From positions 25,224,909 through 25,288,908 of the forward strand of contig NC_083430.1 in NCBI RefSeq assembly GCF_020745735.1: a stretch of DNA of 64,000 bases. Reading direction: 5' to 3'. Source of the DNA: Hemiscyllium ocellatum. Taxonomy: Eukaryota. The stretch's first letter is position 1; each line of letters starts with the position of its first letter. The position numbers were made by a program, and so were the translations under genes. The notes under the pieces were generated by a model, which was given only the letters and a program-made list of their open reading frames with translations, did no database searches and had not been told where the DNA came from. Of this stretch, positions 51,480-62,177 are shown piece after piece.

Positions 51480-54190
51480 TGAGTTGCAGGAATTCAATCC
51501 TAGACATTGAAGGAATACTGGTATATTTCCAAGTCAGGATGGTGAAATGGCTTTAAGGGGAACTTGTAGCTGGTGGTATTCCCATGTATCTGCTGCCCTT
51601 GTCCTTCTAGATGGAAGTGGTCATGGGTTTGAAAGGTGTTGTCTCAGGATCTTTGATGAATTTCTGCTCTGTATCCTGTAGATGGTATAGACTGCTACTA
51701 CTGAGCATTTGTGGAGGAGGGAGAGGATTTTTGTGGAGATGGTATCAATCAGGCAGACTGCTTTGTTCTGGATGGTGTCAAGATTCTTGAGTATTGTTGG
51801 AGCTGCACTCATCCAGGAAAGTGGTATGTATTCTGTCACATTCCTGAATTTTACCTTCAAGATGATGAACAGGCTTAAAGGAGTCAGGGGGTAAGTCATT
51901 CATTCCATGAATCTGAACATCTGACCTGCTCTTGTAGCCACAATATTTATAACAGCTAGTCCAGTTCAGTTTCTGGTCAATAATAAACCCCATGATGTTA
52001 AAAATGGGGGAATGTGGCAACAGTAAAGCAAATGAATGTCAAAGATGTTTAAATCCTCCGTGGAGCGAGTTTTAACTAAAACTTGTGTGGCTTAACTTTA
52101 TCTGCAATTTGTCAACCAAAGCTTGGTCGTTGTCCAGTCTTGATGCATTTGGACACGAACTGCCTCAGTATATGAAGAGTCACGAATGATGCAAAATATT
52201 GTTCAATCATCCATGGACATCCAACTTCTGGCCTTATGATGGAGGAAAGGTCATCAATGAAGCAGCTGAAATGGTAAGGTCCTGAGGAGTGTTGCTGAAC
52301 AAAGAGACCTTGGAGTGCAAGTTCATAGTTCCTTGAAAGTGGAGTCGCGGGTAGATAGGATAGTGAAGAAGGCATTGGGTATGCTTTCCTTTATTGGTCA
52401 GAGCATTAAGTATAGGAATTGAAGGTCATGATGCGAACGTTGGTTAGGCCACATCTGGCATATTGTGTGCAATTCTGGTCTCCCTCCTATAGGAAGGATG
52501 TTGTGAAACTTGAAAGGATTCAAAAAGATTCACAGGATGTTGCCAGCATTGGAGGATTTGAGGTAGAGGGAGAGGCTGAATAAGCTTGGGCTGTTTTCCC
52601 TGGACTGTTTGTAGATTGAAAGGTGACCTTATAGAGGTTTATAAAATCATGAAGGGCATAGATAGAGTAAATAGACAAGGTATTTTCCCTAGGTTGGGGG
52701 AGTCCAGAACTAGAGGGCATAGGTTTAGGGTGAGAGGGAAAAGATTTAAAAGGGACCTAAGGAGTAACTTTTTCACACAGAGGGTGGTGAGTGTATGAAA
52801 TGTGCTGCTGGAGGAAGTGGTGGAGGCTGGTACAATTGCAACATTTAAAAGGCATCTAGATGGGTATATGAATAGGAATGGTTTGGAGGGATTTGGGTCA
52901 AGTTCTGGCAAATGGGACTAGATTAGGTTTGGATATCTGGTCGGCATGGACAAGTTGGACCAAACAGTCTGCTTCCATGCTGTACATCTCTATGACTCTA
53001 TGAAGTTGGTTGGGCCTAGGACACTATGCTAAGAAACTCCTGAAAAAATATTCTGGAGCTAAGGTGACTGACCTCTAACAACCACAACCATTTTCATTTG
53101 CAGTAGGTGTGACTCCAGCCTGCAGAGTCTTTTCCCCAATTACTTTAGTTTTGCTAGGACTCCTTTATGCTACACTTGGTCAAATACAGCCTTGATGTTA
53201 AAGGCAGTCACTCTCACCTTGCCTCTGAAATATAGCATTTTTTATCCATGTTTGAACAAAGGCTGACCCTCCCTGGTAGAACCCAAACTGGGTGCCAGTG
53301 AGCAGGTCAAGTAAATGCTGCCTGATAGCACTGTTGATGACACATTCAATTACTGAAGACTAAGAGTAGACCTATGGGGTGGTAATTGCCAAGTTGTCCT
53401 GCTTATTTTGTACAGGACGTACTTGGGCAATTTTCCACATTGTTGGGTGGATGCCAATGCTGTTGCTGTACTTTTACAGATTGGCTCGGGGAGTTGCAAG
53501 TTCTGGAGCCCAAGTCTTCAGTATTATTGCTGGAAAGCTGTCAGGGAACTGCCTTTGCAGTATCCAGAGCCTTGAGTCATTTCTTGAAATCACACGGATT
53601 GCGTCACATTGCTGACTCCTGGCGCTTTTTTTATGTTGGGGATTTCCAGAAGAGGCTGAGAATGGGTCATCCACTGAGCACTTCTGCTGAAGATTGTTGC
53701 AAATGCATCAGCCTTATCATTATCACTGATGTGCTGGACTCACCAGTGATTAAGAATGGGGATATTTGTGGAGCGTCCTCTTCCAGTGAGTTAATTATCC
53801 ACTATCTTTCATGGCTAAACTCAGTAGTACTGCAGAAATTAGATCTACCTGTTGGTTGTGGGATCATTTAGCTCTGTCTGTCATTTGCTGCTTATGCTGT
53901 TTTTTACTTAACTAGTCCTGTGTTATAGCTTCATGAGGGTTGACATCTCATTGTTTGGTACCTAATGTTGCAACTGGCAAGCCCTCCTCCATTCTTTATT
54001 GGGCCAGAGTTATTGCTTAATGTGATGGTAGTTGTAAAGTTGGGGATATGCCTGATAATGAAGTTGCAAGTGTTTTGGAGTACAATTCTGCTACTGCTGA
54101 GATGGTCCACTGTGCCATATGTGCACAGTCTTGAGTTGCTAGATCAGTTCAATATCTATTGCATTTGGCACAGGGCTAGTGCTGCACTGC
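51480..54190 (-). mobile_element. Second LINE family (CR1/L2-group) ORF2 remnant
   Basis: EYIPLSWMSAAPTILKNLDTIQNKAV; other fragments at 100-570 (+), 8790-9010 (-), 11270-11770 (-), 27120-28440 (-) and 49870-49985 (-). Confidence 0.75.
52275..53002 (+). mobile_element. CR1 3' fragment nested in another LINE
   Basis: RLKGDLIEVYKIMKGIDRV; (CTATGA)n tail. Confidence 0.88.
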
Positions 54191-54290
54191 TGTTTTGATT
54201 ACCAGAGTGTTTCTGAATAACTTGTTGCTGCTCACTTTTTTGACCTTTTACTCTCAGTAAGCTTTATTTCCAATTGAGATTCAGAACCCT

Positions 54291-54525
54291 GGAGAAAGTC
54301 AGGACTACAGACGCTGGAGAGTCAGAGTCGAAAAGTGTGGTGCCGGAAAAGGCGCTGCAGGTCAGGCAGCATCCAAAGAGCAGGAGAGTTGACATTTCGG
54401 GCATAAGCTCTTCATCAGGAATGTGGAGGGAGAAGGAAGTTGAGAGATTGAAGGGGATAGGGCTGGGGGGAAGGTAGGTAGGATGGTGATAGGTGGGTGC
54501 AGTTGGGAGGTGATTATAATAGCTT
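54291..54525 (-). mobile_element. Family-B PLE 3' end
   Basis: Reverse complement of ...TTCCTGATGAAGAGCTTATGCCCGAAATGTCAAC...CCAGCGTCTGTAGTCCTGACTTTCTCC. Confidence 0.8.
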
Positions 54526-54544
54526 GCAGAGATCATTGGCATTG

Positions 54545-54975
54545 GTTTTGACTCAGTGATATCACTCTGGCCTCTAAATCATAAGGTCGTGGCTTAAAGT
54601 TCCATTGCTGAAAGTTGAACACATCATCTGAGATGACACCTCAGTCAGCACTGGTGGAATGTTGCACTTTCAGAGATACTGCCTTCTAGACAGGGCCTGG
54701 AACTAAGGCCCACCAGCATTCTCACAACAACATTAAAGATTCCATGGTACTATTTGAAGCTGAGTTCTCCCAATGTCCTGCCCATTTGCAATCACTCAAT
54801 CAACATCTGAAAAAGATGATCTTATCGTTTATTTCATTACTGTTTTTGGGAGCTTGCTCTGTACAAATTGACAACCTGTTTTACAAAAGTAATTACACTA
54901 AAATACTTCATTGACTGTCAAGTATTTTAGGATATCACAAAGCTGTAACATGAATTGAATAAATGCATTTCTTTT
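54545..54975 (+). mobile_element. Deu-domain SINE (SacSINE1/AmnSINE1-like)
   Basis: taaagattccatggtactatttgaag...gttctcccaatgtcctg...ctgtttttgggagcttgct...aaatacttcattgactg...ataaatgcatttctttt. Confidence 0.75.
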
Positions 54976-55591
54976 TATCTCTTTAATACAAATCCTATGA
55001 TTTGCTGTCCTCGTCCCTAACCTCTTCCCCAGCATTGTGAGTTTTTATACGTTCTCTATCTCTCTCTTCAAGTTGTGACTCTTACAGTAGCTGTCTTCTA
55101 CCACATCAGATTTCAGCATTACTGTCTATTTGGTTTGATCTGGCAAAGAATCTGACCTGAGTTTCTCATTAGGTGAAGGTTTAAGTCCCACATGCCCGCA
55201 AGGTGTTGATTAATGATTATGCACAAATATAGGAGGAAAGCTGCAGCGATTTTGAAATGAAAGAATGGGGCAGTGACACTAATTGGCAGTATTTTCTGTC
55301 AGAGACCCAGGATAAGATCAATGGGCTGAATGTCCTCATTCTGGACTGCAACATTCTCGAATATTCTATAGTGCAGTGTGACTTTGACGTTTTGGTTTGA
55401 CCTTTATTTGTCTGGTTGTTTACTGGTCAGTTGTTTTTGTTAATGTGTTATTCAACAATAAACGTGTCGGACAGCTGGGGGCCAAAAGGACACACAGAGT
55501 ACAAACTTGAGGCTGTACCCCTGCCATAACATTGGCAGGGTAAATAAAATATTTTTTAAAAATATTTTTATAAAGGTACAGTCTGGTAAAC

Positions 55592-55847
55592 CTTTTTGGA
55601 GTCGATCTGTCTGGTGGCAGGTCACCGGGGCAGGGTTGGTGTGTGTTTGAAACATTGGGGATGTGCCCTGGGCACGGATTTGCTCAGACAGTTGACGATG
55701 TTCATGTTGATGGATGTCACGGATCTCCGGTTTCTCCTTTGTATTTGCAGCTGGCGGCTCTTTCTCAGGTTTCAGCTGTCCTGGAGATTGCTCAAGCTGC
55801 CAACCAGGGACCAGGTGAAAGGGCGCTTGCTCCCAGCCAAAGTTTCA
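55592..55847 (-). pseudogene. RAD51AP2-like pseudogene, N-terminal exon
   Basis: Minus frame reads KRPFTWSLVGSLSNLQDS*NLRK...INMNIVNCLSKSVPR, similar to recalled human RAD51AP2 [20 protein letters not shown]...DSCVEKSVS; two TGA stops; exon boundaries approximate. Confidence 0.5.
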
Positions 55848-55949
55848 CTGGGAAATTAATCGGGAATTAAGTCCCTACCTAAAGGAGAAAGGTGACACAG
55901 TGGAGGTAGAGCACAAGAAATGGCGAGAGGAGCAAACCTATTACCAGCA

Positions 55950-56542
55950 AGGCAATAGAAAGTGATTGAGGCCACATCTAAAGACAGGGTCAGAGCAGGG
56001 ATCGGTGCCAAGCAGACAAGGCGCTGAGAGTCTGGGAGCGAGCCAGGGCGACGCGGTCAGAAAGAGAGGGGGAAGAGAGCATCAAAGAGACCACATGAGA
56101 GAGGTTCAGCCACAGGAAGAGCCTCCCCGAGAAAGAAAAACAGCAATCTGCAAACAAACTCAAGTCATCTTTTCTCAAACTGGGAACAGCAGAAACACAC
56201 AGTCGGGCGCACGGAGTGGACAGAAACGTTAAACCAAGGGACAACCCATTGGCAGATTGAGCCCAGGACACATCGCCAAGGTTAAAAGGGGGTGAAAAAA
56301 TAAAACAAGAACTGTTACCGATCCGCGGTCGCCATCCAGAGAAAACAGAACAACCACCATCAACGTTCAGCGAAACTCCAGTGTACAGTGAAGTGCCGCC
56401 AGAAATACAGACAGTATCTGCAGGAGATTATTCATTTGTCCCATCGACATTCAGAAACAGTCTTGACAACTGTGGGTGGGGGATTTTCACATCGCTCCCT
56501 CAGTGTTTAGAATATTATACATATTTGTTTAACTAAGACAGA
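55950..56542 (+). promoter_or_regulatory. CpG-enriched promoter/5'UTR region of the HEY gene, probably bidirectional
   Basis: Visibly more CpG than the flanks; TGGGAA (RBPJ core) at 56181-56186 and 55849-55854; lies between two divergent gene starts. Confidence 0.5.
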
Positions 56543-56622
56543 ATGAAGCGGCTGTATGATGAAAGCTCCTCCGACAGTGAGCTGGACGAGATGATCGACG
56601 TTGGCAAAGAGGAACATTACTG
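56543..56622 (+). CDS. HEYL: HEY-family bHLH-Orange repressor, coding exon 1 (probably HEYL)
   Basis: ATG at 56543 gives MKRLYDESSSDSELDEMIDVGKEEHY+TG, then a GTGAGT donor at 56623. The 80-nt coding length and DVG..E.YCPVT motif fit HEYL as I recall it. HEY family is near-certain; the paralog is less so. Confidence 0.85.
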
Positions 56623-57173
56623 GTGAGTAACTTCAATTTCTGTTTCTGCAGCCACTAAATCAGGTGCTCTGAATGTCTGCAATTTCACTTCAATCGCTCG
56701 CTCCCTCTCTTCACCTGCTTAGTGTTTACTGATACAGTACTTGACAAATCTGCGGTTTTAAAAGCGGTTTGTGTTTTTCTCTGAGGGGATGTGAATAGAA
56801 TTAGCCTTTCGGAGGGTTTGAATCAGCAGACACCCACCAACTTTGTCAGAGCGTCAGGATCACAAGGAACAGCAGCCCCCACGAAGTGATTTTGGTGAAC
56901 GGGGGAAGATCAGTTGGAACCACTGCACATCATTTTTGTTCCACTAAATTAGATCCCACGCAAAATTCTGCCTTGATGCAGCACAAACCGAGCAACACTG
57001 TTTTTATATAAAGTAGATGTAAATATACTTTTCAAACCTACTAGCTATGCCGTACGAAAGCCTTTTTGACATGTGTTTCTGCCATTGAAAAACAATTCAT
57101 TGAAATTTTTCATTAGTAACGTGACAGATAACTATCTACAGGGACAAACATTAAATACTGTTTCCGTTTACAG

Positions 57174-57240
57174 TCCTGTAACTCAATCAACTTCACCCAC
57201 AACAACTTCTCACATTCTGGCACGGAAGAGGAGACGCGGG
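57174..57240 (+). CDS. HEYL: HEY-family coding exon 2 (basic region)
   Basis: tttacag acceptor; T+PVTQSTSPTTTSHILARKRRRG; GTAAGT donor at 57241; phase matches exon 1 (TG|T = Cys). Confidence 0.9.
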
Positions 57241-57322
57241 GTAAGTGGTCAACTGATCATTTCTGGCAGGCAAATGACCGACCAGATTTTATTCAAAGGG
57301 TATTTAAACATTCTTCTTATAG

Positions 57323-57406
57323 ATTATTGAAAAAAGAAGACGGGACAGAATTAATAACAGCTTGTCTGAACTACGCCGTTTGGTTCCAACAGCTTTTGAA
57401 AAACAG
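57323..57406 (+). CDS. HEYL: HEY-family coding exon 3 (bHLH helix 1-loop)
   Basis: cttatag acceptor; [28 protein letters not shown]; GTACTT donor. Exon 4 (GSAKLEKAEILQ-like) was not found in the window. Confidence 0.93.
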
Positions 57407-59478
57407 GTACTTAATGACCTCAAATTGATCTGAATTTCAGTCTCAGGTTAAATTGTTTATCCCTACACAAAAATTGTATGAGTGCAGTAAAACTGTGTGA
57501 AGCTGATATATGCATAAAACTACTTATTAAAATTATTTCTTCAAAGAGCTTTGATAGTTATTATTGCTTCACACCACATATAAGATGGTAAATCTGAATG
57601 TCATGGTGCAATTCTCTTGTCTCACATCACAAGAACCTGTCAGCAAAAGCCAGTAACAGATATCATAAACTAATTGAGTAATATTCAACAATATCTCTAC
57701 CAACTGACTGTACATTCGTTCCTCCCTCTCCCTTCCTTCAATCGCCCCACCAGGAAAGACAGTGTGCAGTTGAAAGTAAAAACTATTCAACACAATATCT
57801 AGTAGACAGCATATTGTACTATTGGGATAAATACTTTGCTGTTTCACAATGACTTCAGTTTAGCTTTCAGTTTCTGTGTGAGATTGTATTGAAGAGAGAG
57901 CCTCGCGTGTCAAGTATGCAACAATATAACTGAACCAATCTAAAGTGAACTTTCCAAACTTTTGAAGTTAAAAATTTCTACACAATCTATGTTGCTAAAG
58001 AGCAGCCACGCCAAATTACAGGAAAAATGTGATTACATGACAGGGGGTGCAAATAAGATTCACCAGGATGCTGCCTTGGATGGAAAATTGAAGTTGTGAG
58101 GAAAAGTTGGATCATCTTGGGTTATTTTTATTGGAGAAAAGCAGACTTCGGGGTGGGGGTTAGGGTGGGGTGTGGTACAAGATCATCCAGAGTGGATTAG
58201 GAGAAGTTATTCCCCTACATGAAGGGTCAGTCACGAGGAGACATGGGTTCAAGGTGAGGGGCAGTTGATTTAGGGAGGATGTGAAGATAAACCTTTCTAC
58301 CCTGCCTGTGGGGCGGGTTTCTTCATATTCTTTAAAAAGTACCTGGATGAGACTTGGCATGTCATAACATTCAGGGCCATGGGCAAGTACCAGTCAATGG
58401 AATTAGGTTAAAGGTTTCTCACATGTTGGTGCAAACTCGATCGGCTGAAGGGGCCACTTCTCACTGTATGGTACCATGTCAACTTGACTTTTACAGATAA
58501 TAATGTTTTATAATTTAGCATCCTGGACATTTTCTAGAATTAATTGTGTAGCACTGTGTTTTCTCCTGGCTACAAAATGCTTGGGACCGCTATTTCAGAA
58601 TAATCTAAAAGTAGTTATAGAGTCATAGAGATGTACAGCATGAAAACAGACCCTTTGGTCCAACTCATCCATGCCAACCAGATATCCTAAATTGATCTTG
58701 CCCCATTTGCCAGGACTTGGCCCATATCCCTCTAAACCCTTCCTATTCATGCACCTCTCCAGATATCATTTAAATGTTGTAATTGTACAGCTTCTACTAC
58801 TTCCTCTGACAGCTCATTCCATACACACACCACCCTTTGCATGAAAAAGTTGCCTCTTAGGTCCCTTTGATATCATCCCCTCTCACCCTAAACCTCTGCT
58901 CTCTAGTTCTGCACTCCCCCAACCCAGGGAGTTATCTATTTACCCTAGCCATGACCCTCATGATTTTATAAACCTCTCTAAGTTCACCCCTCAGCTTCTG
59001 ATGCTCCAAGGAAAACAGCCCCAGCCTATTCACTCTCTCGCTCTAGCTCAAACCTTTCAATGCTGGCAACATCCTTATGAATCTTTTCTGAACCCTTTCA
59101 AGTTTCAGAACAATCTTCCGATAGGAGGGAGACCAGAATTGCACACAATATTCCAAAAGTGGCCTAACCAATGTCCTGCACAGCCACAACATGACCTGCC
59201 AACTCCTATACTCAGTGCTCTGACCAATAAGGGAAAGTATACCAACTCTTTCTTTACTATCCCTTCTACCTGCGACTCCACTTTTGAGGAACTATGAACC
59301 TGCACTCCAAGGTCTCTTCACATCCTCCCTAACTCCCAGGACCTTACTATTAAGTGTATAAGTCCTACCCTGATTTGCCTTTCCAAAATGCAGCAACTCA
59401 TACTAATCTAAATTAAACTCCATCTGCTACTTCTCAGCCTATTGGCCCATCTAATCAAGAGGCTGTTGTACTCTGAGG

Positions 59479-59608
59479 TCATGATTTGGAGATGCCGGTG
59501 TTGGACTGGGGTGTACACAATTAAAAAGCACACAGCACCAGGTTATAGTCCAACAGGTTCAATTGGAAGCACACAAGCTTTCGGAGCGACGCTCCTTCAT
59601 CAGATGAC
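59479..59608 (-). mobile_element. Family-C 3' end with intact hammerhead (59572-59606), at a CR1 deletion junction
   Basis: Reverse complement reads CATCTGATGAAGGAGCGTCGCTCCGAAAGCTTGTG; full tail present. Confidence 0.8.
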
Positions 59609-59882
59609 TATCGATGATACACATATCTCAGCAAGGGGCCCAGTAATCACTTCCTAGCTTTCCACAGAGTTCTAGGGTACACTTGATCAGGTCCTGACGA
59701 TTTATCTGCCTTTCTGCGTTTTAAGACATCCAGCACTACCATTTCTGTCATATGGACATTTTTCAAGATGTCACCATTTAGTTCCCCATATTCTACATCT
59801 TCCATGCCCTTCTCCACAATAAATACTGATGCAAAATACTCGGTTAGAAAGTTCCCCATATCCTACAGGGCGCTCTGGAGGC

Positions 59883-59995
59883 TTCCTGATGAAACATCGA
59901 TTTTCCTGCTCCTCGGATGCTCCCTGACCTGCTGTACTTTTCCAGCACCACTCTGATCTAAACTCTCGTTTCCAGCATCTGCAGTCCTCACTTTT
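59883..59995 (+). mobile_element. Family-B PLE 3' end with hammerhead stem II deleted
   Basis: TTCCTGATGAAACATCGATTTTCC...CCAGCATCTGCAGTCCTCACTTTT. Confidence 0.75.
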
Positions 59996-60394
59996 GTCTT
60001 GGTCCTGTTGTCTCCCTAGTTACCCTTCTATCCTTAACGTATTTATAAACTCCCTTTGGATTTTCCTTAACCCTATTTGCCAAAGCTATCTCACATCCCG
60101 TTTTTGCCCTCCTGATTTTCCTCTTAATTATATTCTTACTGCCATATACTCTTCTAAGGCTTCACTCGATCTCTCTTGTCTATACCTAACACATGCTTCC
60201 TTCGTTTTCTTAATCAAAACCTCAATTTCTCTAGTCAATCAGCATTTCCTACACCTACGAGCCTTGCCTTTCACCCTAATGTGAATACACTGTCACTGGA
60301 GTAAAAAATGAGGTCTGCAGATGCTGGAGATCACAGCTGCAAATGTGTTGCTGGTCAAAGCACAGCAGGCCAGGCAGCATCTCAGGAATAGAGA

Positions 60395-60430
60395 ATTCGA
60401 CGTTTCGAGCATGAGCCCTTCATCAGGAAT
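60395..60430 (-). ncRNA. Mirror-copy hammerhead ribozyme (family B)
   Basis: Reverse complement of 61479-61514. Confidence 0.87.
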
Positions 60431-60883
60431 AAGAGAGAGAGAGAGCCAAGCAGGCTAAGATAAAGGGTAGGGAGGAGGGACCAGGGGGAGGGGCGATGGA
60501 GGTGGGATAGGTGGAAGGAGGTCAAGGTGAGGGTGATAGGCCGGAGTGGGGTGGGGGCGGAGAGGTCAGGAAGAGGATTGCAGGTTAGGAGGGCGGTGCT
60601 GAGTTGAGGGAACCGACTGAGACAAGGTGGGGGGAGGGGAAATGAGGAAACTGGAGAAATCTGAATTCATACCTTGTGGTTGGAGGGTTCCCAGGCGGAA
60701 GATGAGGCGCTCCTCCTCCAGCCGTCGTGTTGTTGTGTTCTGCCGGTGGAGGAGTCCAAGGACCTGCATGTCCTCGGTGGAGTGGAAGGGAGAGTTAAAG
60801 TGTTGAACCACGGGGTGATTGGGTTGGTTGGTTCGGGCGGCCCGGAGGTGTTCTCTGAAGCGTTCCGCAAGTAAGCGGCCTGT

Positions 60884-60989
60884 TTCACCAATATAGAGGA
60901 GGCCACATCGGGTGCAGCGGATGTTCACCAATATAGAGGAGGCCACATCGGGTGCAGCGGATGTTCACCAATATAGAGGAGGCCACATC
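60884..60989. repeat. 40-bp tandem repeat (about 2.6 copies) at the inversion junction
   Basis: TTCACCAATATAGAGGAGGCCACATCGGGTGCAGCGGATG at 60884 and 60924, partial copy at 60964. Confidence 0.9.
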
Positions 60990-61478
60990 CGCTGCACCCG
61001 ATGTGGCCTCCTCTATATTGGTGAAACAGGCCGCTTACTTGCGGAACGCTTCAGAGAACACCTCCGGGCCGCCCGAACCAACCAACCCAATCACCCCGTG
61101 GCTCAACACTTTAACTCTCCCTCCCACTCCACCGAGGACATGCAGGTCCTTGGACTCCTCCACCGGCAGAACACAACAACACGACGGCTGGAGGAGGAGC
61201 GCCTCATCTTCCGCCTGGGAACCCTCCAACCACAAGGTATGAATTCAGATTTCTCCAGTTTCCTCATTTCCCCTCCCCCCACCTTGTCTCAGTCGGTTCC
61301 CTCAACTCAGCACCGCCCTCCTAACCTGCAATCCTCTTCCTGACCTCTCCGCCCCCACCCCACTCCGGCCTATCACCCTCACCTTGACCTCCTTCCACCT
61401 ATCCCACCTCCATCGCCCCTCCCCCTGGTCCCTCCTCCCTACCCTTTATCTTAGCCTGCTTGGCTCTCTCTCTCTCTT

Positions 61479-61514
61479 ATTCCTGATGAAGGGCTCATGC
61501 TCGAAACGTCGAAT
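61479..61514 (+). ncRNA. Minimal type I hammerhead ribozyme (PLE family B)
   Basis: ATTC-CTGATGA-A-GGGC(tcat)GCTC-GAAA-CGTC^GAAT; stem I ATTC/GAAT; GUC cleavage triplet. Confidence 0.87.
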
Positions 61515-61839
61515 TCTCTATTCCTGAGATGCTGCCTGGCCTGCTGTGCTTTGACCAGCAACACATTCACACTGTCACTGGACTCTTGTTTTCTAATTTT
61601 TGAAGGCTTCCCATTTTCAAGCTGTCTCTTTACCTGCGAACATCCGCACCCAAACAATTTTTGAAAGTTCTTGCCGAATACCATCAAAATTAGCCTTCCT
61701 CCAATTTAAAACTTTAACTGTTAGAACAAGTCTATCTTTTTCCATCACTATTTAAAACTAATGGAATTATGGTCGTTGGCCATAATGTCTTCCCCCACTC
61801 ACGCCTCAGTCACTTCCCCTGCCTTATTTCCAAGAGTAG

Positions 61840-62177
61840 CCATGATGTGGAGGTGCCAGTGTTGGACTGGGGTGGACAAAGTTAAAAATCACATGACACC
61901 AGGCTATAGTACAGCAAATTTATTTGGAAGTACAAGCTTTCAGAGTGCTGCTCCTTCATCAGATAGCTAGTGGAGCAGGATCATAGGACACAGAATTTAT
62001 AGTGCATGACACTATGATCTTTTGCTGATGCAATATATTGCATCAGTGTATGACACTATGATCTTTTGCTATAAACTCTATGTTCTATAATCCTACTCCA
62101 CTAGCTACCTGATGAAAGAGCAGTACTTCCAAATAAACCTGTTGGACTATAACCTGGTCTCGTGTTATTTTTAACTT
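61840..62177 (-). mobile_element. Palindromic family-C insertion
   Basis: Tailed minus arm plus inverted plus arm; ATGACACTATGATCTTTTGCT duplicated near the junction; TSD-like TT(T/C)CCA(A/G)GAGTAG. Confidence 0.8.

Larger units (their letters stand above)
60301..61568 (-). mobile_element. Neptune-type PLE, 5'-truncated, palindromic insertion in HEY intron 3
   Basis: IRCTRCGLLYIGETGRLLAERFREH...IFRLGTLQPQGMN GIY-YIG on both strands; 583-bp arms 60342-60924 and 60985-61567; 41-nt tail 60301-60341; TSD ACACTGTCACTGGA at 60287-60300 and 61569-61582. Confidence 0.93.

Noticed and set aside
57073-57330. 85-aa ORF as a separate gene
   Set aside because: It is HEY exon 2 read through its flanking introns.
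57904-57909. CACGCG class C site as HEY autoregulation element
   Set aside because: A single hexamer with no supporting context; expected by chance.
58125-58155. LEK motif as HEY exon 4
   Set aside because: It is the CR1 FSLExRRLRG remnant, without a suitable acceptor or GSAK/AEILQ context.
60884-60989. CRISPR-like repeat array
   Set aside because: Units are contiguous with no spacers, derive from PLE coding sequence, and the DNA is vertebrate.
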